Assembly (NCBI GenBank): GCA_051294905.1
Contig: CM119371.1
Location: forward strand, 13,456,001-13,520,000
Length of the DNA stretch: 64,000 nucleotides
DNA from: Botryllus schlosseri
Taxonomy: Eukaryota
Direction of reading: 5' to 3'
Shown here one piece after another: positions 1-13,105 of the stretch; position 1 is the stretch's first letter; each line of letters begins with the position of its first letter. The notes beneath the pieces were generated by a model. The model had not been told where the DNA came from. It saw only the letters and a program-made list of their open reading frames with translations, and made no database searches. Position numbers and translations under genes: made by a program.

Positions 1-379
1 ACTTTCATCGTGCTACAAAATGAACGCATGTCAGGCGACGTAGATACACGTACAGTCGTGGTTTTACAACGCCAGAACACGAGGGACGTATGCCGGAATT
101 GCGACAAAACCGCGAAAGAACATAACGTAAAAGTAATGAGGTGTAAGAACTGACCACAAACAACGAAAACGCAGGGAATGTAGGTATAGCTATCACATAC
201 CACAATTAGGGGGAATAGGTATTGCAGCCGAACACAGCATAAAGGACACAAACAACGACAATGCAGCCTATGGAAGTAGCTATCACATACCACAATTTAA
301 CGTAGCTATGGATGGAAAATACATAACAGCTTAAAAAAACGTTGAAGGCGTTGATCAGAGAGAGGACGTAGTTTATTTT

Positions 380-687
380 TGTCCTTGATGTTTTTGCGGC
401 ATATACACCGACTCATGATACACATACACACGATCTGCGCATATGCATACCATGAGTGCATGATGTGCATATGCCGCCGGACAAGGAAGTGCAGATATAG
501 CCTTTACGACTTTCTAAGTCATGCACCACCCCTCCATGCTATTCCAATAATGCATGAGCGCCAAGCAGGGCAGCCATGGATACCAGTGTTACTAATCAGG
601 TATTTGGTCTGACTCGGCCGGGAATCGAACCCACGACCTACCCGATCAAGAAGCCGGACGCTTAACCATTACGCTATCTTGTCGGCC
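380..687 (-). mobile_element. tRNA-derived SINE
   Basis: A box TAGCGTAATGG and B box GGTTCGATTCC; second copy at 62772-62875; 3' boundary approximate. Confidence 0.7.
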
Positions 688-834
688 ACAGCTACTTAAG
701 TAAGGGAATGTATTGGCTCTGCACTACGTATTGGTCGTCGTTACCATACAATTCCTACAAGACAAGAATGTTGTATTCCGAAATCGATAGCGCGTTTCAC
801 TGCGCTTCGATTGTCCAATTGTTAGCGAATAGTG

Positions 835-1297
835 CATGAGGCAAATTAGTTTGCGCCTCACCTGGCCATTGTTTCTCTGCGATGGCATTCTCTGTAATAA
901 AGCCGAATATCACCTTCATTGGTGATTTTGAGGGGGTTCTGGTGCTCTGACACTGTTAATATTTGGATTTTCGGAATCAGTGTGACGATAGCAATTGATT
1001 GATACCAGTTATTATGAATTCCGAGTTATTTATGATGAATTGCATCGTCGCAGGTGAGGCACGACACGTCCATGCCTCACCTGTGCCTCACCTTTCCTTT
1101 CGCGCTGTATTTTTGAATAATAATTATATAAATTGATGATGTTGGCTGAAAAATAGGTTCAAATTTAAATATTTATGAACATCGATGTAAAACACCAATA
1201 ATCATCGACTCATCAAGGGTTTTCACAATTTTCACTTACTCACCCAGACGACAGGTGAGGCACTGCCTCACCTGCCTCATTGGACCGCACGTCACTG
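835..1297. mobile_element. hAT-type MITE remnant with AGGTGAGGCA subterminal repeats
   Basis: Terminus CAGTGACGTGCGGTC (minus strand at 1297) and several direct and inverted TGCCTCACCT motifs; left end eroded. Confidence 0.5.
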
Positions 1298-2974
1298 GCT
1301 ATCCCCGATAAAGTACAGAACGTGGGCACCAAACCGTGTAATCATTTGAATAGACTTAATCCTGAGGCTTCCAATGTAAAAGTACCCAGAGAGAAAGACA
1401 CAGAATTGGCGTGTTGCTCACACTACATCAATTCCAGTCCAAACGCAGATTCCTACACCGATATGGATGTGTTGGATTGAATACTTCTGTAAAGTCACTT
1501 GGTATTTATTAGGGATTTTAATATTTACCGTATTGTGGTCTGCCTTGGTGTACTTGCTTCATCGGGTGACGAATTTCATTGTTTTTATATGAAATGGTTT
1601 CATTGAGCGAATAGAACTCGTAATGTCTCGAAATGTGTCGGTGGGGATCTGGAAATCCACGTGTTCTTTGAAGGGGAGTGTTTTCTTCTAGAGTGATCTT
1701 CAAAGTAGAACTTAGTTTTATTATCACAGCAGGCGGCTTAGCAAAAGGCTGGTACCAGGTTTTGCATTACCACAGCTGAATTTTAGCCAGGGGCGGTCGA
1801 TAAATTCCGCTTTACTTGGGTGCTGAAGTAGCTATGTACTATACTATGTAGCAGTGTACTATACTACTACTATGTATGCAGTTATATTTTTGACCAATAT
1901 GTTTTAGCCAAAACTACATACATTTCTGTGTGCAAAGATTGGTTTTGCGATATGTTTGCAATGCTGATATGAGTGAAATTGTCATAGCTACAGGCAATAT
2001 AGCATGTGTGTGTTACGCAATTGGCCAATTTACGTCAAACGCATCATGCAATCCTGAATGTAACCTTTGACCATCTAGATTTTTCTACTGCAATGTATAC
2101 TAGTGCCATACAGGTATATTTATAGAAGCATTTTTCCTGGTTACAATCGTCAAATTTTTAGCGGCTTTGAGACGACTCGAATCGTGACTTGACCAGATTA
2201 AACTTGATTAGATGACTTGACTTGAGTAACTTTGCAAAAATAATTTGACTTATTAGAGTTACAAGAGTGTGCATCAACTTAATTTCAAGTAGGCTACTCG
2301 GTGTCAACAAAGTCGCTGTCCCTCAAAAGTAATGGTAAAAAAGTATTCACAGTAATTTTCTAATTTTGTAGAAGTAGCGATCTACAAGTAGTTAAGAAAT
2401 TTATTCGATACATGTTATGTTCATATCAATGTCTATTGACTCGAAGAACTTTTAGCGTGTCTGTTATCACGATAAAGGACACAACAAAGTTAGATTCAAA
2501 ACAAGATAGCTAATGATGACGTAATAATGTAGAATGCGTAAACAGCATGAATGGAAACTGAAGAATAGCAACAATGCAGCGTATAACAGGTGTTTGGTCT
2601 AGGGATGGTGTGAACGTGAGGTTCACGTTGGCGTTCTGTGTGTGAACCTCGGGAATTTAGAGATTCACGTTCGCAAACGAACCTTGGTAGGTTCTGCACG
2701 GCGAACCTTTTTCATATATTACAATTTCCCACGCCATTATAACATCTTTGATTGATATTTATTGCATTTCGACTGCGGGCCGCTCCATGCATAGCACTGG
2801 CAGCATAACAAAATCAACACTAGACTAGCATGCATAATTGCATATGACAATATCAAAAATTTTACTTGCTTTGTTACAAAGTTTGCTCGAAATATCCAGT
2901 TTTCCGTTTCTGAATATTTAGTGACTCTCTGCTGTGAGCTTGACTCGCAATCACACAATATCAGGAGCGAAATA

Positions 2975-3571
2975 CTATAGATAACTGACCTACGGTTAGA
3001 TGCGCATCACATGATTCACGGTCGAGTGATGCTGCAGTCGCAGATTTGTTGTCGCTTCATAGCAGAAAAAGCAACGTAATTGCTAATCCCATAGATGACG
3101 ACCCGAGCGCTCAAATTTATTAGAGTTGGTATTATTCAAAAGCTACAGTCGCGTTGATTCTGATAATATACATTACATTTTCATCAAGGCAATGGAACCA
3201 CCCCGAAATAGCCTTCAAAGTCTGAAAATCGGCATTGTTCTAAACAATCGCTACGACGCAGCACAGTGACAATAACGATGGTCCTTGCGTGGTTGCGATT
3301 GTTTACAACAATGCCGATTTTCATACTTTGAGGGGTATTTCAAGGGGTTCCATTGCCCTGATCAGATTTTGATCTATATTATCAGAATCAGCGCGACTAT
3401 AGCTTTCAAATAAGACCAACTTTATTAAATTTAAGCGCTCGGGTCGTCATCTATGGGATTAGCAATTACGTTGCTGTTTCATGCTATGAAACGACGACAA
3501 ATCTGCGACTGTAGCATCACTCGACCTTGTATCACGTGATGCGCATCCATCCGTAGGTTAGCTATCTATAG
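2975..3571. mobile_element. Foldback (palindromic) MITE with ~285-bp arms
   Basis: Whole element is an imperfect inverted repeat, with GAAATAC at both flanks; related element at 38500-40165. Confidence 0.8.
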
Positions 3572-3649
3572 AAATACGCTGCAGTTAGCGAATGATGCTT
3601 ATCCAACCAATCAATGAAATTCATATAAAAAATACACCATTGTCTAATG

Positions 3650-4347
3650 CAGTGGTTCCCAACCTTTTTGTCTTCATTCCCGACTTCATATTCCTGTCTT
3701 GGCAATCTGAACCTCAGAAGATAAATACCATCCCGCAGGAAAAAAATATATGCCCGTGAAGAAATACCAATTTGAAATTGTGTGCGTCTTTTAGTTTAGT
3801 TCGCATGGGCGATTCTATATTTTTTGATATAGCAGACAGGAGGTAACGAAATAACATCATGCTACGGAGTCATAACTACGGGCCCTACAATTTCCAAGAC
3901 ACCTCCCTCAGCTCTACCTGTAAATCTGATTACGTGAGCAGAGAGAGGATAAAAATTGATAGCAAGATATATGAAATTCCCGATCATATTGACCGATTCC
4001 ATAATGTATTATAGAAATTTTTCGCGCTTAGCGCGTTTAGGCGAGAAAAACTGACTCAGTAAACGGCCCCCAAAGTAGATGATAAGTAGCGGTAAACAGC
4101 GTGTAGCCTGAGGGGGTCTGGGGGTGAATCCCCACACAAGTTCGATTTATCATCATATGGGGGGGGGCAAGACCAACGTTTTTTTGGGGGGGGGCAACGA
4201 AGTGCTGTTACGGCCCTGATTACACCTCACATGGGCCAAATACGTGATTATGACGTCATGAATGATGGAACTTGAGTACAGGTGGTACGCGAGCACTGCA
4301 TAAAACCGCTAAATGGTACGTGGGTGGAAAAAGGTTGGGAACCACTG
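3650..4347. mobile_element. hAT (Buster/Charlie-type) MITE
   Basis: TIR CAGTGGTTCCCAACC; imperfect TSD GTCTAATG/GTCTATAG. Confidence 0.7.
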
Positions 4348-4669
4348 GTCTATAGGAATAGATATCTTGTTTGAGGCCAAGATCGGCATCATTCCTGGTT
4401 CGTGAACATCACCCGCACCTCAACTCCTTCCAACGGGTCCGCCCGCCCGAAGATGTTTAAATATTGTTTACGGGCCCTAAAGTTTCCGGTAAATCTGATA
4501 ACGTGAGCATAGAGGACAAGAAATTGATAGTAAAATATGCAATTTCCGATCCGATTGTATCATGAATTATCAAAAATTTTCGTGCATGGCGCTGGCTCAC
4601 TAAACAGTGCAGTTAATTTCGTGGCAAAAGCGAACACTGTGATGAGGGGGGCGGTTTATCACCCTATGA

Positions 4670-6368
4670 CAGGGGTTCTCAACCCGCGGCCCGCGGGCCG
4701 CATGCGGCCCGCAGACGGTTGTTTTGTGGCCCGCGACATCTTTCATTACAAGCGCAATTGCTACTGGCACGATATTGTTACATATTACTTTAGCTACTTA
4801 ACTTTCTTATCGCACCGTCTCTGTCTCGTTTGATTACTCATTCGTTGACGTGTTCTGGTTTCTTGATATGTGCTCGCGTGTAGATTGTTATTGTTTTGAA
4901 TCAATTTTCGGCTGGACTCTGGTTTAAGACAATTCTGTTGTGTTGTAGGCCTACACTTTTAAAGTGTTTCACTCACCGCGAATGGTTTGAACAGATGCAA
5001 GAACAAGGAATGGTAAATTAAACGGCGGAACTTGGTTTGTAACTCAGAGTGAAACAATCAATTTGGTTTCTCAGATATAAATGGAAAACCGATTTGACAT
5101 ATTTGTCGAAGATCAGTTGTCGTAACGAAGCGTAGAAGCATAAAATTATATCACGGCAGTTTCTTCTGAAGTTATACGTATTGCCTGATGTTAGGAAAAT
5201 TATTGCTAGCTAGGTGTCAATCCCACCAATCCATATTTCGAGGCATTGTTAAAATTGTCGACGATGTTACAGAAGCATGGTTCGAAATTGCTCGGAATAT
5301 CGCTAACTCCATGAAATCTGCCAGAGAACGTGTCAATTCAATAAAACTTTAACACACTGTGCGAATATTCCGGAAGTTAACAGCAAGGACAACATCACCT
5401 GACAAATTTTGAAGCTACATTTGTCTGATTCAACCGTGACCAGAAGAGTAACAGCAATGTCAGTTGATCATTCATCGCATCTTGTGAAATACGTTGCCGC
5501 GTAGCCTACTTTAGCCTAGCATCGGACGAACCCACTGACATTGCATAGCTAATTATCTGCTGGGTGCTTTTTATCAGAGTGGAAATGCTGGCAGGGCAAA
5601 TGCGGGGAGGGGCCAGCGAAAAGCATCAACTTAACAAAGCTAACTTTTATCTGTATGACTATTGCGTCGCAGTGGAATCAAAGTGTATGAAAATTTTTCA
5701 ATGTTTTCCGGCCATATCTTGGCCACTGTTATGTCTGTGTCATTAATTCAAAGTTAATCAGGGCCAATATATGGCTGAAAGAAGATGAAAACTTCACGTT
5801 AAGTCAATTTTCTCAAAATGTATAAAATGGACATAAGTCACTTTGATTCCATAGCGACGATTGGTGAAGGCCTCCAGTCATGGAAGGAAAGGAGTGGGGT
5901 TGATTGCTGGTTTGTTCATAAATGTCCCGAACGCCAGACTTCTTCTCATATCACTGAGAGCTCAAAGTGATAAGGACCTCTGTAACGAAAAAGTTACCGT
6001 AATTTTTTACTTGCCCACTCACGCATTGAAACAGAGAGTTCGGTTCTCTCTCTGGTTGGTGGAACGGTTTGAAGGTGCATAAACGACTTGGAAACTAATG
6101 CAATGCACGCTTAATGACGAGATATACTTGCGCCGCTGGAAGATAATTATTATTCTCACAAAAAAACTGCAAACATACGAACTCGGTCCATTAATGCTTT
6201 AGAATGCATAAAAATGTACCAAACGCCCGTGTACGACTGGTAAATAGGCTACGGTAGCCTAAATTTAATAGTAGCCCACAAATACATGAAAAAATAATGA
6301 TCTGCGGCCCGCAGCGTCTTTTACTGTTAAAATGCGGCCCGTTATACAAGGGAAGTTGAGAACCCCTG
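4670..6368 (+). mobile_element. Internally deleted hAT Buster-family transposon with transposase relic
   Basis: TIR CAGGGGTTCTCAAC; perfect TSD CCCTATGA; remnants INGKPI*HIC, LHLSDSTVTRRVTAMS, YFSLASDEPTD. Confidence 0.88.
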
Positions 6369-6956
6369 CCCTATGAGAACCCAAAACGCAAGTTTTTGTA
6401 TGTGTGCTGACGAACTGCGGCTTCGTTCCTGCCGACGGGTATACGCCCGAAGATGTTTAATTATTATTGGGCGGTCCCACGTTTTCAAACACACGTCGCT
6501 CAGCTCTACCGGTAAATCTGATTACGTGAGCAGAGAGAGGATCAAAATTGATAGCAATATATATGTAATTCCCGACCATATTGACCGATTCAATCATGAG
6601 TTACTGAAATTTTTCGCGCTTCGCGCGTCTAGGCGGGAAAGCTGACTCAGGGGAACGGACACCCAATGCAGATGTCAAATTGCCGCAAAAAGCGGATAGG
6701 CAAAGGGGGTCTGGGGGGCCCCCCAGAAGTCCGGTTTATCACCCTGTGGGGGGCCCAAGGCCAACGTTTTTTTTTGGGGGGGGGGGCTGACGAAGTGCTG
6801 TTACGGCCCTGTTTATACTCCCAATTTTATATAGTGCGGCGCGGATGGATTAATGTGTTGAATGCGCCCCGTGAGCTAAAAAGTTCGCCCACCCCTGCTT
6901 CTAGTAGTTTGGAGCCGCACCGAAAGCAATAACTTCTAAAACCGCACCGAGTAGAG

Positions 6957-9351
6957 CAGGGATGGGCAATTATTTTCCTTCGCGGGCCAAATGAGAAATA
7001 TAAATACGTTGGCTGGCCGAGTGAAAAAATTTAGCTCTGTTCTCCAACGCATTTTAATTATATTTCTAAATTACATTGATAATAAATGCTGCTCAGTGAA
7101 TGAGTTGATATTAGGCAATGAGGAAGTGATGGTTAATTAAAAAATATCTACTATAGCTATCATGATTCGAACCAATGTTAAACATGATACATATCAGCTA
7201 TCTTTAAACACCTATCCACGTTCGTCTATTAAAACTTCAAAACAGTGGTTATCAAACTATTTTAGGCACACTTCCCTTTATGATAGTGAACAATTTCGCG
7301 CCCAGTTATCACGATATCACAAATATTAAAAAGTGTAACTGGAATGATACCAATCCCCACGGATAGTTTAATGGGATGGAATATGATATGGCTGTTGATA
7401 ATAGAATTGTGGAATATCAAATTCGGACAATACACAGAGCAACAACTACAAGCTGGAGGTATATCGCGCGAAAAAATGTTCAATAAACTTCGGCTTCGCG
7501 CCACCCTTCTAGTGCTTTCAGGTCTCCCAGTTCGAGGACCGCTGCACTGAAATGTATATGCACTAGTAGTACAAAGCTTATTTTCCCGAGCAGTGTGCAG
7601 TAGGGTTAGTTCGGATATCAATAATTTTCACTATCCGGATAATGGATATATCCGGATATTTGAAATTTAGCTAACCGGTTAACCGGATAATGAATGGTAA
7701 GTGAGATAATCGATTTCACGAGGTCTGCATGAAATATAGATCGCAAAATCATTACGCAGTGTTAATGTAGATTTATACGTACACGCGCAGTACGAGCGAA
7801 TACGAGAAAAATCACGCACATTTAATGTTCACTACTTCTGCAACTCGCTCCTTATAAAGTACACTGCATCAATAGCATTCTGTAGCCGGGACTGGAGTTT
7901 TGTAATGAGTCCACACGTATTAAATCTATATGCCCTTTCTGCTTCCATAAAATGGGCTGAATATACTAAGCAGCGCTTCCTTTTTGCCCATTCTTGTGTT
8001 TAGGTGTCCACTGTCCAGTACTGTAAGGACGAGTAGTTGATACAGGAATTGAGGCCGACATGATAGCTCGCTCTAATTCCTCCATGGGAAATTCACATGA
8101 TCAGGCCCGTAGCCAGCGGAAAAATAAGAGGGGGGTGTTTTAAATAAAAGAGGGGGTTTCGATTTTTTTTTAGAATTTAGTATCGGAGGAAATTAATTAC
8201 GCTTGCACGCACGAACATGTTTGCGAAATGCGAACATTCGATGTCATTAAGTTACGCGATGTCACTCATTAATCACAATCGCTGATCATAATAGTCTTAC
8301 TGGCATATTGTCTCCAAGTCGCCAAGAGATAGGAGTCAACGCATGCCAGGCCCGAGACTCGATGGTTACGCCAGCGATGATATGATATCGTTCGTACCAT
8401 GCCTATTGCAGATGCGATCGTGTAGGCCAGCGATAATATCGTGAGCACCAAGCCAATGCAGGTGTGATTATGTGGGCCAGTGATGGTATAAAGTCCATAG
8501 AGCCTATTGCAGATGTGATTCTGCCAGCGGAACTATATAGGCTTGTTGAAGACTCGAAAAATCAGGCCAGCAACGATAGCCGAGTCGCGGCAATCAATGA
8601 CCTAATTTGGCGATCTTCACAGCGGGAGATTGCGTCGCGTTACACACTGCATTGACGTATCGCGCTAATTGGCGACACGGTTCTCGCTAATTGGCCGAGC
8701 GCAACACTGATAATACGACTTATTGAAGTTTCCTAAAAGTGTAAAACGCTTTATTACCGATACTATTTTATCCGGTTAACCGGCAGATTTATATCCGGAT
8801 ATCGGATAATGAAAAAACCTGCGGTTAACCGTTATCCGGATAATCCAACCCAAGTGTGCAGGATAGCCTTAATGTTGAGCGAAGCTTGCAGTTTTTCTGA
8901 ACATCGCCTTCCCTTGACCGAGTTTTCTTTTTTTTTGCATGCCCGGTAATAGTTTGTGGGTGATAGTTATGATGAGTGATATAGTAATCGAGAGCACTGA
9001 TTGACTGGTTTTACGAATTAGGGATTTGGAAACATATCAAGTCACAAATTGAAACACATACCGTTTAACGCGTATGTGACAATGTCAACAAAGAAGGTTT
9101 GAACTAAGCTATATGGAAAGAGTGATTGCTTGTGACTTCAATTTCTACTCACACTTTGCCTTTACATTGAATCTGGATTACGCATGCCAGGTTACGTAGG
9201 CAGCTTAATCGTGGCATATTAATGATCAGACTTCAAACTAAACGAATTTCCTGGCCATTTGATACAGCCTATGGTTTTGCTCAATCAAAAAGCAAGTTTT
9301 TTGTTTTGAATTCCAAGCAACCTTTCGCGGGCAGCACTTTGCCCAGGTCTG
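6957..9351. mobile_element. hAT MITE carrying nested insertions
   Basis: Termini CAGGGATGGGCAA / TTGCCCAGGTCTG; perfect TSD GAGTAGAG. Confidence 0.8.
7601..8853. mobile_element. hAT (TAGGG-terminus) element with ATCCGG/AACCGG subterminal repeats
   Basis: Perfect 8-bp TSD GTGTGCAG. Confidence 0.8.
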
Positions 9352-9359
9352 GAGTAGAG

Positions 9360-9957
9360 TTTCCTTTCACAAATCCTACAACTTTGTAGAGTACTTTCAG
9401 CACGACTGACCGTTTCCTGACCATTTCACCCTTTACATTTCATTCAATTCTTCACCACCAAATTTTAATCTCTTTGCAAACCCATGAGATTGAAGCCAAA
9501 AATGAAAGCGAACTGGTATATTTTCATATGGAAATGCTACATAATGGAAATCAGAAATTATACATTGAACAAAATCAGCATCATAGAATGACTGGATGAC
9601 TAGCAAAATAGCTAGAAAATTTTTTCGCAACGTTAGGAGGAACCACCACTGGAATGTACAACGAAAAGATCAACGTTGCGTTCACCAAGGAGTAAACGAT
9701 TTCGACCTGAACTGAAATACGCCCGAGAATATGTAAACGGTAGAGGAGGATGCCAAAAGCCATCTACACATGTCCAGTCCGACATAGTCGATTAGCATAA
9801 TGTATCTAGGCTGCGTTAGATGTCGATCAGGATATGGTCCCATTCAGATATAAGATAGAGGGATGGTTTCTTTGCCGAGGAACATATCTGGTAATGGTTG
9901 TATTCGATTTCAGAAGATTCCTTCATCAGTTCAGTACGGAGGAAGATTTTCCAATGC
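9360..9957 (-). pseudogene. Polycystin TM4-TM5-like exon remnant
   Basis: PRYIMLIDYVGLDMCRWLLASSSTVYIFSGVFQF...TQR*SFRCTFQWWFLLTLRKNFLAILL; cut at 9359 by a hAT insertion and resuming at 6956 (LLGAVLEVIAFG). Confidence 0.45.
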
Positions 9958-10534
9958 CTTAAAAAAATATATGTGAGCAATAAATTCAAATAAGTATTTT
10001 TTTTACTATTGCCAAGTAATAAAACAGCGATATGTCACATTTTTGTATCTTGACAATCCCGGAGATTGTGCTTTGGTCAACACAGAACACTAAGACAAGA
10101 ACAACCCATGCCGACGAATAAGCCGTACCAAAAACTACGGACCTTAGTATAACAATACATGGCTTGACATAACACAGCTCAGAGCCACTGGGTTGGAGGC
10201 ATGGCTGAGTTTGACAAAATCACAATGAACGGTACCTATAAACAGGACCTGAGAAGGACTGGGGCATGATGATTCGAGTAGGCTACTCGAATCTGAACTG
10301 AGTACTAACTAATGATTTGAGTCAAGTAGTGAGAGATCATTTTTTTCGAGTACTGAAATGACGCCTCCCATGCTACAAAGAGTTGATTTATCAGCAAGAA
10401 TATAGTTTCGATACCATTTTCCACTGTGGAAGGCTGTAAGCCTTGATTGGTCATATCGCAGCATACAAAACGTCTAGTAAAAGGCTACGCACATTGGTGG
10501 AGATGACATATTTGTGAAGTTGCGATCAACTCAC

Positions 10535-10927
10535 AACTTTGTTACAAAGTGCAATAAAGAGCTACGGTCGAAACTTAACATATCATTACTCATACTGGCG
10601 TGACGGCATACTGAGTGATACCCGACGCTCAATACTTGAATCAGCATCGAATCCCTTATGTAAACGATTTTGCTCAGACCTAGTGAAAAATAAAGACGAG
10701 ACCGCGCTTGTTTCAATGTACACAGCAACTTCTCTTAATCATGTGGTGTTTTGTAAAGATGAAATATTAATGAACCGAACGGATGGCCAGCGGCGCATAC
10801 GCACGTCGCACAGCTATGATAAATTCACTGAACCTCCAGAATCTTGCTTTGGTGTTGTCCCCACAGACCATTCTAGCAACCTCGCCAGCACAGATTGCTC
10901 TGCCAGATGCCAAAATCTCATGCATGC
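10535..10927 (-). pseudogene. PLAT/LH2 domain exon remnant
   Basis: HEILASGRAICAGEVARMVCG...FIIAVRRAYAPLAIRSVH, frameshift, then T*LREVAV...GFDADSSIERRV; tttgtag acceptor and gtgag donor. Confidence 0.5.
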
Positions 10928-11849
10928 CTACAAAGTACAAATTACGTAATTTGTTACTATAATTATTATTGAGAGAGATTATTTCATACCGGAAAACACG
11001 TGCCAACTCCTTTCTTACTCATGCACCTTTCTTCATATCTTAGGTCTCGGCATGCTTGTCTTAACGGAAGTCTTTTATACTCTTGGTAAATTGCAAGGTG
11101 TTCCATTGAATGCGATGACATCATCCTAAAATTCATCGGTGTATAGGAGGTGGGGATGAGCATATTAACAACAGAATTCAATTTTAACACACCAGATGCA
11201 CGTAAAGCGTAATATTATCAATATCGCTAAATGTAGAGCAAGATTTATTTCAACATTACCAAGCAAAGTCAAAAGATGTTCTTTTTCGTTTTAAAACCCA
11301 AAAAGATATCCAGAATGATCATTTCTTTACAAATCAGTTGTGTGTTATAATAGATTCACATATGAATAGTTATAATAGTTATTATCGAAAGTAAATTTTT
11401 CATACCGGACAACACACGTTGACTTCTTTCTTACTCATGCACCTTCGTTCACCTCTTAGATTTCAGCATGCTCGTCTTAACCGAAGTCTTTTGTACTCTT
11501 GCTAACTCCATGGTGTTCCATTCAATGCCATGATATTATCCTAGAATGCATCAGGGTTAGGTGGTGGCGCTGACCACTAAGCATTAACAACAGGAATCAA
11601 GTAGAAAACGCCAAAGCATTAGAGAGTAATATTATCAAAATCACTAGTATAAAACAATGATGAGCAACTTCTTCAGTTGGCGGGCCTGATATGGGAAAGA
11701 GGTACTTGGCAGGCCGGATTCCCAAACAAATTCCGATGAGAAGTCAAAAGATGTTGAGTGTTCATTCTGTTTCGTTTCAAATTTGAAAAACATAACCAGA
11801 ATGATCATTTTTTTTACATAGAAGGAAATCGTTTGGTTATATGTTATAA

Positions 11850-12670
11850 TAAGAGCGATTTTTGTTGACATGACAAAATGAGTCAATATTTTGTCAAAAT
11901 TTAATTGAATTGGTCAAAAAATGTCAAAATTGTATACAAAGTCAAAATTGTTTTGACCCCTGCATTTCATTTGTATCGTAGATTTTGCAATGTCAATGAA
12001 CTCGTTATTAGATATTTTAAAGCTTGTAGCCTACTTTATAGGCCTACCGTTGTATACGGCCAATTGTCTGCTCATTGTGAATCATAAACGGTCAAATGAA
12101 ACAAATGGGTTGACATGGTGTTATGGTCAACGTAACGTAATACCCTAACTGAAGCAAGACTGATTAGGCATTGCATGGTTTTTATATCAAGAAGCGCATG
12201 ACATAAAATTGTGATTCAGACAACATGGTCAGAACGAAGCAACACGGCTTGTCAGCCAACAACTGCAGCTGTTGAACGTTTTTTCTCCATTCTTGGCAAG
12301 CTACTTAGTAAGGACAGAAGACACTTTCTAACCGAGAATGTAGGAAAGTATCTTTCGTCGTATTGCGACAAATTTAAATCATTTCTACCATAATACATTA
12401 TGTAACTACTAGAATTCTTCATAGGCCAGATTTTGTTAAAATAAAGTTTTTTCATGCAAAAATTTGTCAAAAACGTTTTTTCAGGCCACACTACTTCGTA
12501 AAGACAGACAGTTCCAACCAGAAATGTAGATAAGTACAACACAATTTAAAATTTATGGGCGAAAACACCTAATTTGCATACGCGAGTCCAACACTAATTT
12601 TTTTTAGATTAAAAATGTCAAAATTTTGATTTTTTTTAGGTCAAAATCTTACGTTTTTGAGGTCAATCTT
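11850..12670 (+). mobile_element. Copy of the ~800-bp hAT family
   Basis: [18 protein letters not shown] remnant; flanks GTTATAAT/GTTACAAT. Confidence 0.75.
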
Positions 12671-12839
12671 GTTACAATACATTCACAAATAAATATTCCA
12701 TTATGTGTTCACCAAATGCATACTAATGACGGATGATACCATAGCTAACTGATTGATATCAATGGCGAGGACTAGCTATGTAATATAGCCATTGGAAGAA
12801 CATAAAGTAGCGTGTAAACAGATCAAGAACAAATCTTAC

Positions 12840-13105
12840 CATGGATAGAGTTACCACCTGATATGAATCATTCTGATTCAAATTGGATACCCGGTGACAG
12901 TGTTCTGAAAGTCTTTTTGAACTTATGATTCATCCTTGGTAGAGATGTGGTACGAAATCTTGAAATTAGTCTTCGTCATCTTCATATTTCCATGTTAGAG
13001 CACTAAAAAAATAACTACAGCAGCAAAACATGTCTTGACAAATAATGTTTGATATATCTCTGGTGAAGAGAAGCAATTCCAGCAAAATATCAGTATTTGA
13101 ACAGA
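12840..13105 (-). pseudogene. Polycystin TM1 exon remnant
   Basis: NIICQDMFCCCSYFFSALTWKYEDDED* resembles the TM1 end Y...W...DxxD; gtaag donor at 12839. Confidence 0.45.

Noticed and set aside
9925..9957. GIGKSS Walker-A-like motif suggesting a NACHT protein
   Set aside because: Followed immediately by a stop, with no Walker B; the surrounding sequence fits polycystin TM segments better.
10539..10949. 136-aa plus-strand ORF
   Set aside because: Non-ATG start and no motif; it is antisense to the splice-bounded PLAT remnant.
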